From an uncultured Bacilli bacterium (lineage in GTDB: Bacteria > Bacillota_I > Bacilli_A > RF39 > UBA660), in the NCBI GenBank assembly GCA_934148995.1, contig CAKPDM010000001.1, positions 4,473 through 68,472 on the forward strand: a stretch of DNA of 64,000 bases, in the 5' to 3' direction. Each line of letters begins with the position of its first letter. Position 1 is the first letter of the stretch. Positions 28,401-36,293 of this stretch are shown here, piece after piece. The notes under the pieces were generated by a model, which worked only from the letters and a program-made list of their open reading frames with translations, was not told the origin of the DNA and did no database searches. Position numbers and translations under genes: made by a program.

Positions 28401-29100
28401 TATCAATAAGTCCAAATTTTATCTGACTATCTAATACTTTATTAATCGCATCTAAATACATTTCATTTGTAACAGATACTTTATAATTTTCAGGACTATT
28501 TTTTATTTTGCCTTTGAATTTTTCATCTTTGATATACATTTCAGAGATGGTTCTATAATTTTTATCTTTCATTAAAGTTATATTTTCTTCAATAGCATTT
28601 AATAAAACCTTGCCGCTATCCTTTTTACTAGCTGATTCTCTATTTGATTTATAGCCTCTTTTTTTAGCATAGTGTACCAAAATAATAGATAATTCTTCCT
28701 TTGACAACTTTCTATCTAATGCTGCTACTTTAAGTTCGTATGGATTAGTGTTATTTTCTTTATAATAATTATTAATCATATTATTATAAATATCTGTTAA
28801 TTCTTCTTGTCTTATTGATACTAAATTTCCAGTAACATTTCCAGCAAGAAAATTATTTTCATATAATAGATTTCTAACTCTATCTAATCTAAATTCTCTT
28901 CTTCTGACAACACGACGTGCTCCTCTTTTTTCTCTACGTTTTTTAGCTTTACTATCTCCAGTAGTTTCTTCTCCAGGACTGAATATTCTACTACCAACAT
29001 CTATTATTTTATAAGGAACATCATTTTCATCAAGTGCCAGTAACCCCCAACCTACTGATGATATTCCAACATCTAGACCTAAAATATAATTGTACTTCAT
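25444..29100 (-). CDS. cas9: Cas9 (1218 aa)
   Basis: RuvC-I ILGLDVGISSVGWGLL (D10), arginine-rich bridge helix KRREKRGARRVVRRREFR, RuvC-II IINIETARD, HNH IDHILPYS...NKTLV...NQDKGNKTPYEW, RuvC-III HHAMDALVIA. Confidence 0.97.
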   Translation of the reverse strand: MKYNYILGLDVGISSVGWGLLALDENDVPYKIIDVGSRIFSPGEETTGDSKAKKRREKRGARRVVRRREFRLDRVRNLLYENNFLAGNVTGNLVSIRQEELTDIYNNMINNYYKENNTNPYELKVAALDRKLSKEELSIILVHYAKKRGYKSNRESASKKDSGKVLLNAIEENITLMKDKNYRTISEMYIKDEKFKGKIKNSPENYKVSVTNEMYLDAINKVLDSQIKFGLIDNKFKEEYLKIYSSRRHYSEGPGKYYEYDENGNRLERRSKYGGDLIKKMVGNCAFDHKPRAPKYAFSSELFVALSKLVNLRYKIGDGNYQSLTPEEIARIINTAKEKQTVTYKYLVKILGTNDVTIKNLSLTKDEYIKVIEKYKKYLSIPKEEKVDIYSLDESKRGPYEKFYNDKLFSRKLIELEGYHTLKNAILSSYNKKIWNEVKDNIEFLDELALYCTNYKINEDIQTKIKESEIIDAKFDDINFVEKLPNFKEHLMLSTDIIRDLIPLMMQGITYDKAMESINIDHSNVSKNIEKKNLLVPIYVDENIRNQRVIRSLTQTRKVLNAIIKKYGMPKIINIETARDLARTKDERKEIEKSQLKRKAENEKIRKFLVEEGPFTDVNKISSNDLLKYKLWKEQNEFCGYSMEKIKFEELFTNNIVQIDHILPYSRTYNDNYLNKTLVYTKYNQDKGNKTPYEWFGNTPKWSQYESFINSLAISQNKKDNYLLTKLDLETEREMRNQNLNDTKYISRELASLIKAHLNVPKVNVYPGAITAKLRARWGFNRLTHSYISKTYIMPDDMKTDINKDRDNHLHHAMDALVIASITKSLEQKVTLYEKFSRYIDGIAKNKLNEIKIKDVDDEIARFFDEDGVLKETEFKEYLKEQEAHDNIYFSKYGVSTLKFPLPYDNFVEEAKERVYEQDIEILKWNLKVHGTYTNEELEKVHTLTPSLAKPKISGAMHKEKYYGMKTIENNDEKVTYKTLRTPIENVKRSDLDKMPDHENGSKDIFNTLVEWFGDCKDGAEALKKHDGKYPINPNDKEQKAIKRIKVYSEFNNTGHTLNNANVEKGGIYRIDIFKSNNESDNKLYFAAYDVFEIEKIKEYQNKNNSSKEFTIKLEYGQGKNNKILPYSEVLNSYNLYMSLYKNDLIKVITTDGRESIAYVVGCSSGMFEVKSKLGDGYDIIGNSNIFSKVRTQYQITVSTISSIQKLSINILGEISGV

Positions 29101-29114
29101 ATTTACCTCTTTCT

Positions 29115-29156
29115 AAAAAAGAGCAGAATTAACCACTTAAAAGATTAATACTGCTC
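29115..29156 (-). terminator. Strong intrinsic terminator 14 nt upstream of the cas9 start codon
   Basis: Minus strand GAGCAGTATTAA ... TTAATTCTGCTC (12-bp stem with one mismatch) plus U6, then AGAAAGAGGTAAAT-ATG. It lies 58 nt after the histidine kinase stop. Confidence 0.7.
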
Positions 29157-29214
29157 ATCTATTAATAATAGTACCATAGATATATTGATATGTAAATTAA
29201 TGAATATTCAAAAA

Positions 29215-30474
29215 TCACTTCTTAAAAGTCACTTGAAAAGTAGTAACTCTATCTAGAGAACTAGCTTTTATTTTTCCTTTATGAGATAGGACAATATTCT
29301 TAGCAATAGCAAGACCTAGACCATATCTATTATCTTTTCTATTTCTTGATTTATCAACACGATAAAATCTTTCAAATATTTTCTCTTCTTCTCCTTTAGG
29401 TATAGGGTCACCTTCATTTTGTACTAATAGAGTAACTTGAGAATCTTTTTTTAAAGAAACTTTAATACTACCATTTTTCTTAGAATGTTTAATGGCATTA
29501 TCAAGTAGTATTTCCACTAACTCTTTAATACTATCTTCATCCATTAAAATATTAATATTATCTTCTATTTCATAACTTAACTTTAAATCTTTTTCAAAAG
29601 CTCTTCCTTCAAAAGTAAGTAAAGAGAGTTCTATTGTTTTTGATAAATTGTTATTAACTAGTACAATCTCTTCCATTCTCTCACTTTTAGCAAGATCTAA
29701 TAACTTACTAATAAGAAGATTCATTCTGTTAGCTTCATATTCAATATTTTTTAACCATTTACTATTTTGATTTGTAATATCTATCGCTTCACTACTTGCT
29801 ACTATAACTGATAGTGGTGTCTTTAATTCGTGAGAAGCATCAGCAATAAACTGTTTTTGTTTAGCAAAACTTTCCTTAACTGGTTTGATTATCCAGATAG
29901 TTAAATACTTACTAAGTACGATAACTAATATCTCTAAAATAATAAAGATGAAAAGTGATACTTCTAAAGATAGCAATAGTGAACTTTTAATCTTACTATT
30001 ATCAAGTATTATTAAAGTGTCTCCTTTTGAATAAGCATAAGAGTAATCACTTAAATATAAATTACCAATATATCTATCTTTTATATTCTTATTACTAAGT
30101 ATTTTCTTAGCAATAGAACTTATTTTTTCACTAGATGTTTCATCATTAGAATGATTGATTACTTCTAAAATATTATTGTTATCATCTAGAAGTATTGTAT
30201 AAATTACTGAGTCCATAAATTTAATATTTTTATTTTTCATATCTTCAGTGTTATGAGTTACATCATCAACTGGTTCTGATGCATCAGCTATTTTAGTAGG
30301 TGGTATTACTTTTCTATCTTTTTTTGTCATTGAAACATTTAAACTATTGTTAATTGATTTTTTTTGTTCATAATAGTTTTGAATATTAAAGATACCTACT
30401 ACGGTTAAGATAGAAATACTTAATATTAGAATTAATGTATAAAATATTTTATTACTTAACTTCTTGATTTCCAT
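29215..30474 (-). CDS. Sensor histidine kinase
   Basis: 419 aa. Two TM segments, H-box ADASHELKTPLSVI, G-box YGLGLAIAKNIV. Confidence 0.85.
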   Translation of the reverse strand: MEIKKLSNKIFYTLILILSISILTVVGIFNIQNYYEQKKSINNSLNVSMTKKDRKVIPPTKIADASEPVDDVTHNTEDMKNKNIKFMDSVIYTILLDDNNNILEVINHSNDETSSEKISSIAKKILSNKNIKDRYIGNLYLSDYSYAYSKGDTLIILDNSKIKSSLLLSLEVSLFIFIILEILVIVLSKYLTIWIIKPVKESFAKQKQFIADASHELKTPLSVIVASSEAIDITNQNSKWLKNIEYEANRMNLLISKLLDLAKSERMEEIVLVNNNLSKTIELSLLTFEGRAFEKDLKLSYEIEDNINILMDEDSIKELVEILLDNAIKHSKKNGSIKVSLKKDSQVTLLVQNEGDPIPKGEEEKIFERFYRVDKSRNRKDNRYGLGLAIAKNIVLSHKGKIKASSLDRVTTFQVTFKK

Positions 30475-31156
30475 ATTCTATCTTATACCCCATTCCTCTT
30501 ACTGATTTTATTATGACGGTAGAATCAATTGCTCTTAGTTTTTTTCTGACAAATGATAAATAAGCTTCTAAGTTATTAGATTCTACTTCATTATCTAGTC
30601 CCCATACTCTATCATAAATTTGTTCTTTTGATAATACTTGATTAGGATTATTGATAAAGTATTCTAACAATTGAAATTCTTTCTTTATAAGTTCTACTAC
30701 TTCATTAGTTTTTGTACAAGTCACTTTTAATGTTGTTGTATTGAGCTCTAAATCCCCAAATGTTAAAACATTCTTATGATTCTTAACATTTCTTTTTAAC
30801 TGAACATTTATTCTTGCTACTAATTCATCCATATGAAATGGTTTTGTTAAATAATCATCGGCTCCATTTTCTAGTCCGTTAAGTTTATCTTCTAGCATTG
30901 ATTTTGCTGTTAACATTATTATTTTGCTAGTAACTTTTTCTTCCCTTAATTTATTTAATATTTCAAAACCAGACATATTAGGAAGCATTACATCTAATAT
31001 TATTAAATCATATACAGCTGTTGCAGCATAGTAGTAACCTTCTTCTCCATCAGTTGCTATATCTACTGTTAATTTTTCTTTTTCTAATCTTTCCCTTATT
31101 ACATCTGCTAAGTTATATTCATCTTCTACAATTAATACTTTCATATTCATCACCAT
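30452..31156 (-). CDS. OmpR-family response regulator
   Basis: KVLIVEDE receiver domain plus winged helix (IKSVRGMGYKIE). The probable start is the internal ATG at 31144. Confidence 0.85.
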   Translation of the reverse strand: MVMNMKVLIVEDEYNLADVIRERLEKEKLTVDIATDGEEGYYYAATAVYDLIILDVMLPNMSGFEILNKLREEKVTSKIIMLTAKSMLEDKLNGLENGADDYLTKPFHMDELVARINVQLKRNVKNHKNVLTFGDLELNTTTLKVTCTKTNEVVELIKKEFQLLEYFINNPNQVLSKEQIYDRVWGLDNEVESNNLEAYLSFVRKKLRAIDSTVIIKSVRGMGYKIEYGNQEVK

Positions 31157-31271
31157 TATTAGTTAATCATTAATTTATTAAATAAATATTAAATTTTTTT
31201 CTATTATATCATAGAACGAAAAAGTCTTGTTAAATCATTAGGTTTTATGTTATAATTTACTTGTACCAGTT

Positions 31272-31345
31272 AGGGGATTAGTTAAATGGTATAATAATGG
31301 TCTCCAAAACCACTGTTGGGAGTTCGATTCTCTCATCCCCTGCCA
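31272..31345 (+). tRNA. tRNA-Trp (anticodon CCA)
   Basis: Acceptor AGGGGAT/ATCCCCT, anticodon loop CUCCAAA, T-loop GGGAG-TTCGATT-CTCTC, encoded CCA end. Confidence 0.85.
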
Positions 31346-31392
31346 ATATAGTGACTATGCTCTAACATCTGGAGTTAAAACATAGATTGAAT

Positions 31393-31416
31393 CGTGATTT
31401 ATTTTCACGGTTTTTT
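31393..31416 (+). terminator. Intrinsic terminator after tRNA-Trp
   Basis: CGTGA (31393-31397) / TCACG (31405-31409) followed by GTTTTTT. Confidence 0.5.
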
Positions 31417-31748
31417 ATTTTAACAAAAAAATAATAATAAAGTATAAATATTAAAAGAAAATTTATGATATAGAAAAAGCTAAACTTTTCAATAATATAG
31501 CAAAAAGCAAGAAAGAAGAAACAATTATCAATATATATAACAGATTTAACAAAAATGTATTTGAAGTATTAACATTAGAAAATGTAAGAAAGAAACTTAG
31601 AAATTTTTTAATTGCCGAAATAGACATAAAAGAATTTAATAAACATTTTTATGAAAACTATATTTATAATTTAATACCTAAAATAATAGATTTTTCTAAT
31701 TATATTGCATCTGATGATGGGAACTATGAGACATTTGGTCAATGCAAG

Positions 31749-32333
31749 ATGTATGAATATAGTGAAGTTAAAAATGATGAAGATTTAATTGGAGTTCTAT
31801 TTACTATGCTATTAGTTTTTGATGATACTTGTTCTCTAAATGAAGAAAAATTAGAAAAATTAGAAAAAATGTTTAAATTAAAAAGCAAAGATTTTAATTT
31901 TAGTTTTATAATGATGATTGATAATCTTTTAGAAGATAATGTTTTAGTTGAGAATAGAATAATAAAGAAAGTTTCCTTTTTAGAAAGATTGTTGATATCC
32001 AAGGAAGAAAATAAAGCTGAAGCATTTGTTTTAAAAGTTGGGATATTATGTAATAAACTATTCGATATATCTAACGAAGATTTAAGTAAGAAATTAAGAG
32101 AAATATATAATATAAGATCAATGTTAGTACATGGAGATGGAAATAAAATAATAGATAGTATAGATTATTATAAAAAAATTTTTAGTGAAGAAATAGAAAA
32201 AGAAACAAGTAAGTTTGAAACTAAATTGCAAATATTATGGTGTGTTGATAATATATTGGATTTATTTTTAATAAGAGTTTTAAATAGATACTTAGAAGAT
32301 CCTAATTTATGTGAATTTATTAAGCAAAACTAA
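31749..32333 (+). CDS. HEPN-like (Rx4H) protein, possibly 5'-disrupted
   Basis: C-terminal region REIYNIRSMLVHGDG carries an R-x4-H motif in a helical context typical of HEPN/Abi-like RNases. The frame is open, without any ATG/GTG/TTG, back to 31455. There is no Shine-Dalgarno before the ATG at 31749. Confidence 0.35.
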   Translation: MYEYSEVKNDEDLIGVLFTMLLVFDDTCSLNEEKLEKLEKMFKLKSKDFNFSFIMMIDNLLEDNVLVENRIIKKVSFLERLLISKEENKAEAFVLKVGILCNKLFDISNEDLSKKLREIYNIRSMLVHGDGNKIIDSIDYYKKIFSEEIEKETSKFETKLQILWCVDNILDLFLIRVLNRYLEDPNLCEFIKQN

Positions 32334-32377
32334 GGAATTGCAAAAATAAAAAATATCTGATAAAATACAAGAGAAAT

Positions 32378-32449
32378 GGGGAATTAGCTCAAAGGCAGAG
32401 CAGCCCATTGAAATTGGGAAAGTTGGGGGTTCGAATCCCCTATTCTCCA
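32378..32449 (+). tRNA. tRNA-Phe (anticodon GAA), no encoded CCA
   Basis: Acceptor GGGGAAT/ATTCTCC (one G:U), D-arm GCTC-AAAGGCA-GAGC, anticodon loop UUGAAAU (GAA at 32410-32412), T-arm GGGGG-TTCGAAT-CCCCT. Several wobble pairs and one mismatch. Confidence 0.7.
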
Positions 32450-32477
32450 TTGAATTTAAAAAAGTATATATTTATAG

Positions 32478-32512
32478 AGATTTAAAATTATAAATGTTTT
32501 AAATCTTTTTTT
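32478..32512 (+). terminator. Intrinsic terminator after tRNA-Phe
   Basis: Perfect 10-bp stem AGATTTAAAA/TTTTAAATCT (32478-32487 / 32497-32506) followed by a T-run. Confidence 0.65.
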
Positions 32513-32696
32513 GTAAAAGTTTATTTTATTATTTATAGAACGTTCATGATAAATTAGTATTAAAAAAATTAGTCTTTAACTGTTACTTGTATTACAACAT
32601 AGTTTAGACTTTTTCTAGATAACCTGAAAATGATAAAATGTTATTTAACCCTATAGATAAATATCTGTTTATCTATATAAACGCGAAAAATGTTAT

Positions 32697-32734
32697 TGGT
32701 GACAATTGACACCAAAATAAAAATAATATATAAT
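32697..32734 (+). promoter_or_regulatory. Consensus promoter with palindromic operator for the toxin-antitoxin operon
   Basis: TTGACA (32706-32711) - 17 nt - TATAAT (32729-32734). An 18-bp near-palindrome TGGTGACAATTGACACCA (32697-32714) overlaps the -35. Confidence 0.6.
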
Positions 32735-32773
32735 AAAGCCATCTTAGAAAAAGCAACTTATGTAGGAGGCAAA

Positions 32774-33133
32774 ATGCTAGGTACTTTGAATTTGGACGCA
32801 GTTAATTCCTTTTTAAATACTTGTAGAAAAGAAATTAAAAAAGGAAATCATTACTTTGTTGGTTACAGAAAAATTAATATCAATGGTAAGAAGATATCTG
32901 CTAAGCAGGCTTTAATTGATATTGGTATTATGAAAGAAAAAGATATCTGGAAACATATACAAAGTTTAGAAGTAAATGATTGTGTCAAAATTGACCGTGA
33001 CTACGACATGTCAAGAGATATGAATTCAGAAATATACGTTTTCAAGAAAATAATTAATACAAAAATGGTCTATATAAAGTTAACAATAAATAATCGAGGA
33101 ATTGTTTGTATATCTTTTCACGAAAGTTATTAG
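32774..33133 (+). CDS. MqsR-like toxin (putative mRNA interferase)
   Basis: The start at 32774 follows GGAGG; the ORF-track start at 32690 lies upstream of the promoter. The C-terminus MVYIKLTINNRGIVCISFHES parallels E. coli MqsR ...VYLKITVIHDVLIVSFKEK as I recall it. Confidence 0.55.
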   Translation: MLGTLNLDAVNSFLNTCRKEIKKGNHYFVGYRKININGKKISAKQALIDIGIMKEKDIWKHIQSLEVNDCVKIDRDYDMSRDMNSEIYVFKKIINTKMVYIKLTINNRGIVCISFHESY

Positions 33134-33143
33134 TTAAGAAAGG

Positions 33144-34073
33144 GTGAATGATATGAAGAAAAAAGTATACTGTTTTACTTGTAATAAAGATGTTGAACCA
33201 AACCATAAAAAAGAGAAAAACACTTATACGGTACATAAACAAAAAGTTACTGTGGAAGAGGAAATACTTTCATGTCCTTATTGCAAAAATGAACTAATGA
33301 ATGAAATTCTTGATGACTCATTATATAACATTTATAATGCCTATTTAAAACTATACGACTTAAGCTTTGAAAAATTAAAAGAAATAAGAAATTCATATAA
33401 TCTATCACAAGAATTATTTGCAATTGCTCTTGGATGGAGTAAAAGAACTATTGTAAGATATGAAAATGCTGAATCTTTACCACAAAACCAATATCTTGCA
33501 ATTTATAAAAAAATACTGAATAATAAAAATGAATTTTTAAACATTCTAAAAAGTAATCAAAACTCAGTTGATAAAACAACATATTTTAAAATATACAACA
33601 CAATTAATGCCGATTTAGATTTAAAAACTATAAACGTATTTTTATATGTATTAAAAGATAATTATTTAACCAAAACACAAATAATGAAAAATCTATTTTC
33701 TATTGATTTTCAATCTGAAAAGGAAAATAACAAACCAATCACATCTTTAAGATATGCACACGGTACTTATGGTCCAATCATAGATAATAAAGATGAACAC
33801 TTATCATTTTTGATAAAACAAAACTATGTAAAATTTGTCAATGATGAAGAAGATAAAATTCTATTTAAACCAATTCAAGAATGTGACTTATCATTATTTA
33901 CAAAAGAAGAAATTACCGTAATGAATAAGGTTTTAAGCCAATTAAAAGGTAAAGAAGCAAAAAAACTAACCAATTGGTCTCATAAATTCAAAGGTTGGAC
34001 TGATACTAAAAATGGTGAACTAATCGATTATAAATATGCAAAATATTTTGAATTAGATAAGAATTGGTCATAA
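33144..34073 (+). CDS. Antitoxin: MqsA-like Zn-ribbon + XRE HTH fused to a DUF4065/Panacea-like domain
   Basis: CFTCNK...CPYCKN zinc ribbon, HTH LSQELFAIALGWSKRTIVRYENAES, and a C-terminal half with LRYAHGTYGPI resembling the SocA/Panacea W/Y-x-x-GP motif. Confidence 0.6.
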   Translation: MNDMKKKVYCFTCNKDVEPNHKKEKNTYTVHKQKVTVEEEILSCPYCKNELMNEILDDSLYNIYNAYLKLYDLSFEKLKEIRNSYNLSQELFAIALGWSKRTIVRYENAESLPQNQYLAIYKKILNNKNEFLNILKSNQNSVDKTTYFKIYNTINADLDLKTINVFLYVLKDNYLTKTQIMKNLFSIDFQSEKENNKPITSLRYAHGTYGPIIDNKDEHLSFLIKQNYVKFVNDEEDKILFKPIQECDLSLFTKEEITVMNKVLSQLKGKEAKKLTNWSHKFKGWTDTKNGELIDYKYAKYFELDKNWS

Positions 34074-34117
34074 TATTAATAGTTCCTGCTTAACAGGTTC
34101 TTTTTTATTAATGATTT

Positions 34118-34540
34118 CTAGTCTTCATCTTCTGTATTTGTTAAATTGCTAAAATACTTTGTTTTACCTGCTAGAACGTCTTGATAGAAATTTTGTTTCC
34201 ACTTAACAAAAGCAATTGCTTCTTCTATCTCTTCTTTTTTGTGCTCTAGTTCACAAAGTTTAATGTCTAATATTTCTTGTCTTTCTGGAATAGATGATTT
34301 TCCTTTTAAACACAAACTAAGATATTCTTTTATCTCTGCTATACTCATACCACAATTTTTTAAGCAAGTTAAGTTATCAATCCATGCAATATCTTTATCA
34401 TCAAATACTCGATAATTATTTTTGTCTCTTTTAACATTAGGGACAAGTCCTTCGTTGCAATAGAATTTTAATGTATCATAAGTAAGATGTGTTTTTTCAC
34501 AAGTTTCTTTCATTGAATATAATATTTTATTTTTGCTCAT
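34118..34540 (-). CDS. MerR-family transcriptional regulator
   Basis: 140 aa. N-terminal winged HTH (YSMKETCEKTHLTYDTLKFYCNEGLV) followed by a coiled-coil. Confidence 0.8.
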   Translation of the reverse strand: MSKNKILYSMKETCEKTHLTYDTLKFYCNEGLVPNVKRDKNNYRVFDDKDIAWIDNLTCLKNCGMSIAEIKEYLSLCLKGKSSIPERQEILDIKLCELEHKKEEIEEAIAFVKWKQNFYQDVLAGKTKYFSNLTNTEDED

Positions 34541-34709
34541 ACTATTATCGCCTCTTTATATTATTTTAAGCTATATTATTTACACTTGGTCAAGAAAAAA
34601 GTAATTAATTTCAAAAAATCACTTGACCGGGTGCAACACACGGCATTTACAATTATATTGTAATTTAATTTAGAAGTCATTTATATTCTAAGAAAGGGAG
34701 AATGATAAT

Positions 34710-35600
34710 ATGGAATATGTTACATTGAATAATGGTGTGGAAATGCCAATACTAGGATTTGGAGTTTATCAAATTCCAAAAGAGGAAACTAAAAAATGTG
34801 TTCTTGATGCTATTAAAGTAGGATTTAGAGCAATTGATACTGCTCAAAGTTATTTTAATGAAGAAGAAGTTGGAGAAGTTATTGCAGAATGTGGTATTCC
34901 AAGAGAAGAATTATTTATCACAACTAAAGTATGGATAGATAATTATGGCTATGAAAATTGTAAAAAATCAGTAATGGAATCATTAAAAAAATTAAGAACC
35001 GATTATATCGACTTAGTACTACTTCATCAACCATTTGCTGATTATTATGGAGCATACCGTGCTTTAGAAGAATTATATGAAGAAGGAAAAATTAGAGCTA
35101 TCGGAGTATCGAACTTCTATCCAGATAGATTAACAGATATCTGTCTATTTGGTAGAAAAATAATACCAGCTATTAACCAAGTAGAAGTAAATCCATTAAA
35201 TGCTCAAACTTTAGCACAAGAAAATATGGAAAAACACGGAGTAAAAATGGAAGCTTGGGCACCGTTTGGTGAAGGAAGAAATGGTTTATTCACTAATGAA
35301 ACATTAATTACCATTGGCAAAAAATATAACAAATCTGCTGCTCAAGTAATGCTTAGATGGTTAATTCAAAGAGGTGTTATAATCGCTTGCAAATCTACTC
35401 ATATTGAAAGAATGGAAGAAAACTTTAATGTCTTTGATTTTGAGTTATCAACTGATGATATGAAAGAAATTAATAATTTAGACACAAGTAATAGTTTATT
35501 CTTTAATCATCAAGACCCTAAAATGGTGGAATGGTTTGATGAAATTGTAAAATCAAGAAGAGAAAACGAAGACTGCCGTAACGATAAGAAAAATTGGTAA
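34710..35600 (+). CDS. Aldo/keto reductase
   Basis: 296 aa. LNNGVEMPILGFGV, DTAQSY, LHQP, IGVSNF family motifs. Confidence 0.88.
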   Translation: MEYVTLNNGVEMPILGFGVYQIPKEETKKCVLDAIKVGFRAIDTAQSYFNEEEVGEVIAECGIPREELFITTKVWIDNYGYENCKKSVMESLKKLRTDYIDLVLLHQPFADYYGAYRALEELYEEGKIRAIGVSNFYPDRLTDICLFGRKIIPAINQVEVNPLNAQTLAQENMEKHGVKMEAWAPFGEGRNGLFTNETLITIGKKYNKSAAQVMLRWLIQRGVIIACKSTHIERMEENFNVFDFELSTDDMKEINNLDTSNSLFFNHQDPKMVEWFDEIVKSRRENEDCRNDKKNW

Positions 35601-35611
35601 GGAGACATAGT

Positions 35612-36238
35612 ATGAAAAAATCTACAATTTTAATTATAGTAATAGTCTTAATTGCTGCAATCAGTATTGGTACTTACTATAAAAATAAAGAAAAAACAAA
35701 TATTAATGAAAACAAAAATAACAGTACAACTGATGATAAAAATACAACTACTACGGATAAAAAAATTCTTGTAGTATATTATTCAGCTCAAAGTCATACT
35801 GAAGCAGTTGCTAAAAAAATAGCTGACTATTTAAATGCTGATATCTTTGAAATAGTACCTAAAGATGTATATACTTCTGATGACTTAAATTGGTCAAATG
35901 ATAAATCTAGAGTTTCAAGGGAACATAATGACGAATCTTTACGAAATGTAAAATTAGAAACTACCACAGTAGATAATTGGGATAATTATGATACTATCTT
36001 GATTGGTTATCCAATTTGGTGGGGTATTGCTGCTTGGCCAGTAAATACATTTGTTAAAGCAAATGATTTTACTAATAAAACAGTCATTCCTTTCTGTACA
36101 TCAGCTTCTTCCGATATTGGTAACAGTGGAAAACTATTAGAAAATGATGCTAAAGGTGGTAAGTGGCTTACTGGACAAAGATTTTCATCAAGTCCATCAG
36201 ATAATGATATTAAAGAATTTACTGATAGTATAAAATAA
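35612..36238 (+). CDS. Membrane-anchored flavodoxin-like protein
   Basis: The start at 35612 follows AAGGAGA. N-terminal TM, then KILVVYYSAQSHTE and GYPIWWGIAAWPV flavodoxin_4-type blocks. Confidence 0.7.
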   Translation: MKKSTILIIVIVLIAAISIGTYYKNKEKTNINENKNNSTTDDKNTTTTDKKILVVYYSAQSHTEAVAKKIADYLNADIFEIVPKDVYTSDDLNWSNDKSRVSREHNDESLRNVKLETTTVDNWDNYDTILIGYPIWWGIAAWPVNTFVKANDFTNKTVIPFCTSASSDIGNSGKLLENDAKGGKWLTGQRFSSSPSDNDIKEFTDSIK

Positions 36239-36293
36239 AAACAAACCGTGGCTAATAAAAGTCGCGGTTTTAGTTTGCTTAGATATCTTTCTA

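Noticed and set aside
18981-31156. The idea that the two OmpR/histidine-kinase pairs flanking the CRISPR-Cas locus are duplicated ends of an inserted element
   Set aside because: The two response regulators and two kinases share only generic family motifs and are not close paralogs by eye. No direct repeats were seen at the locus boundaries.
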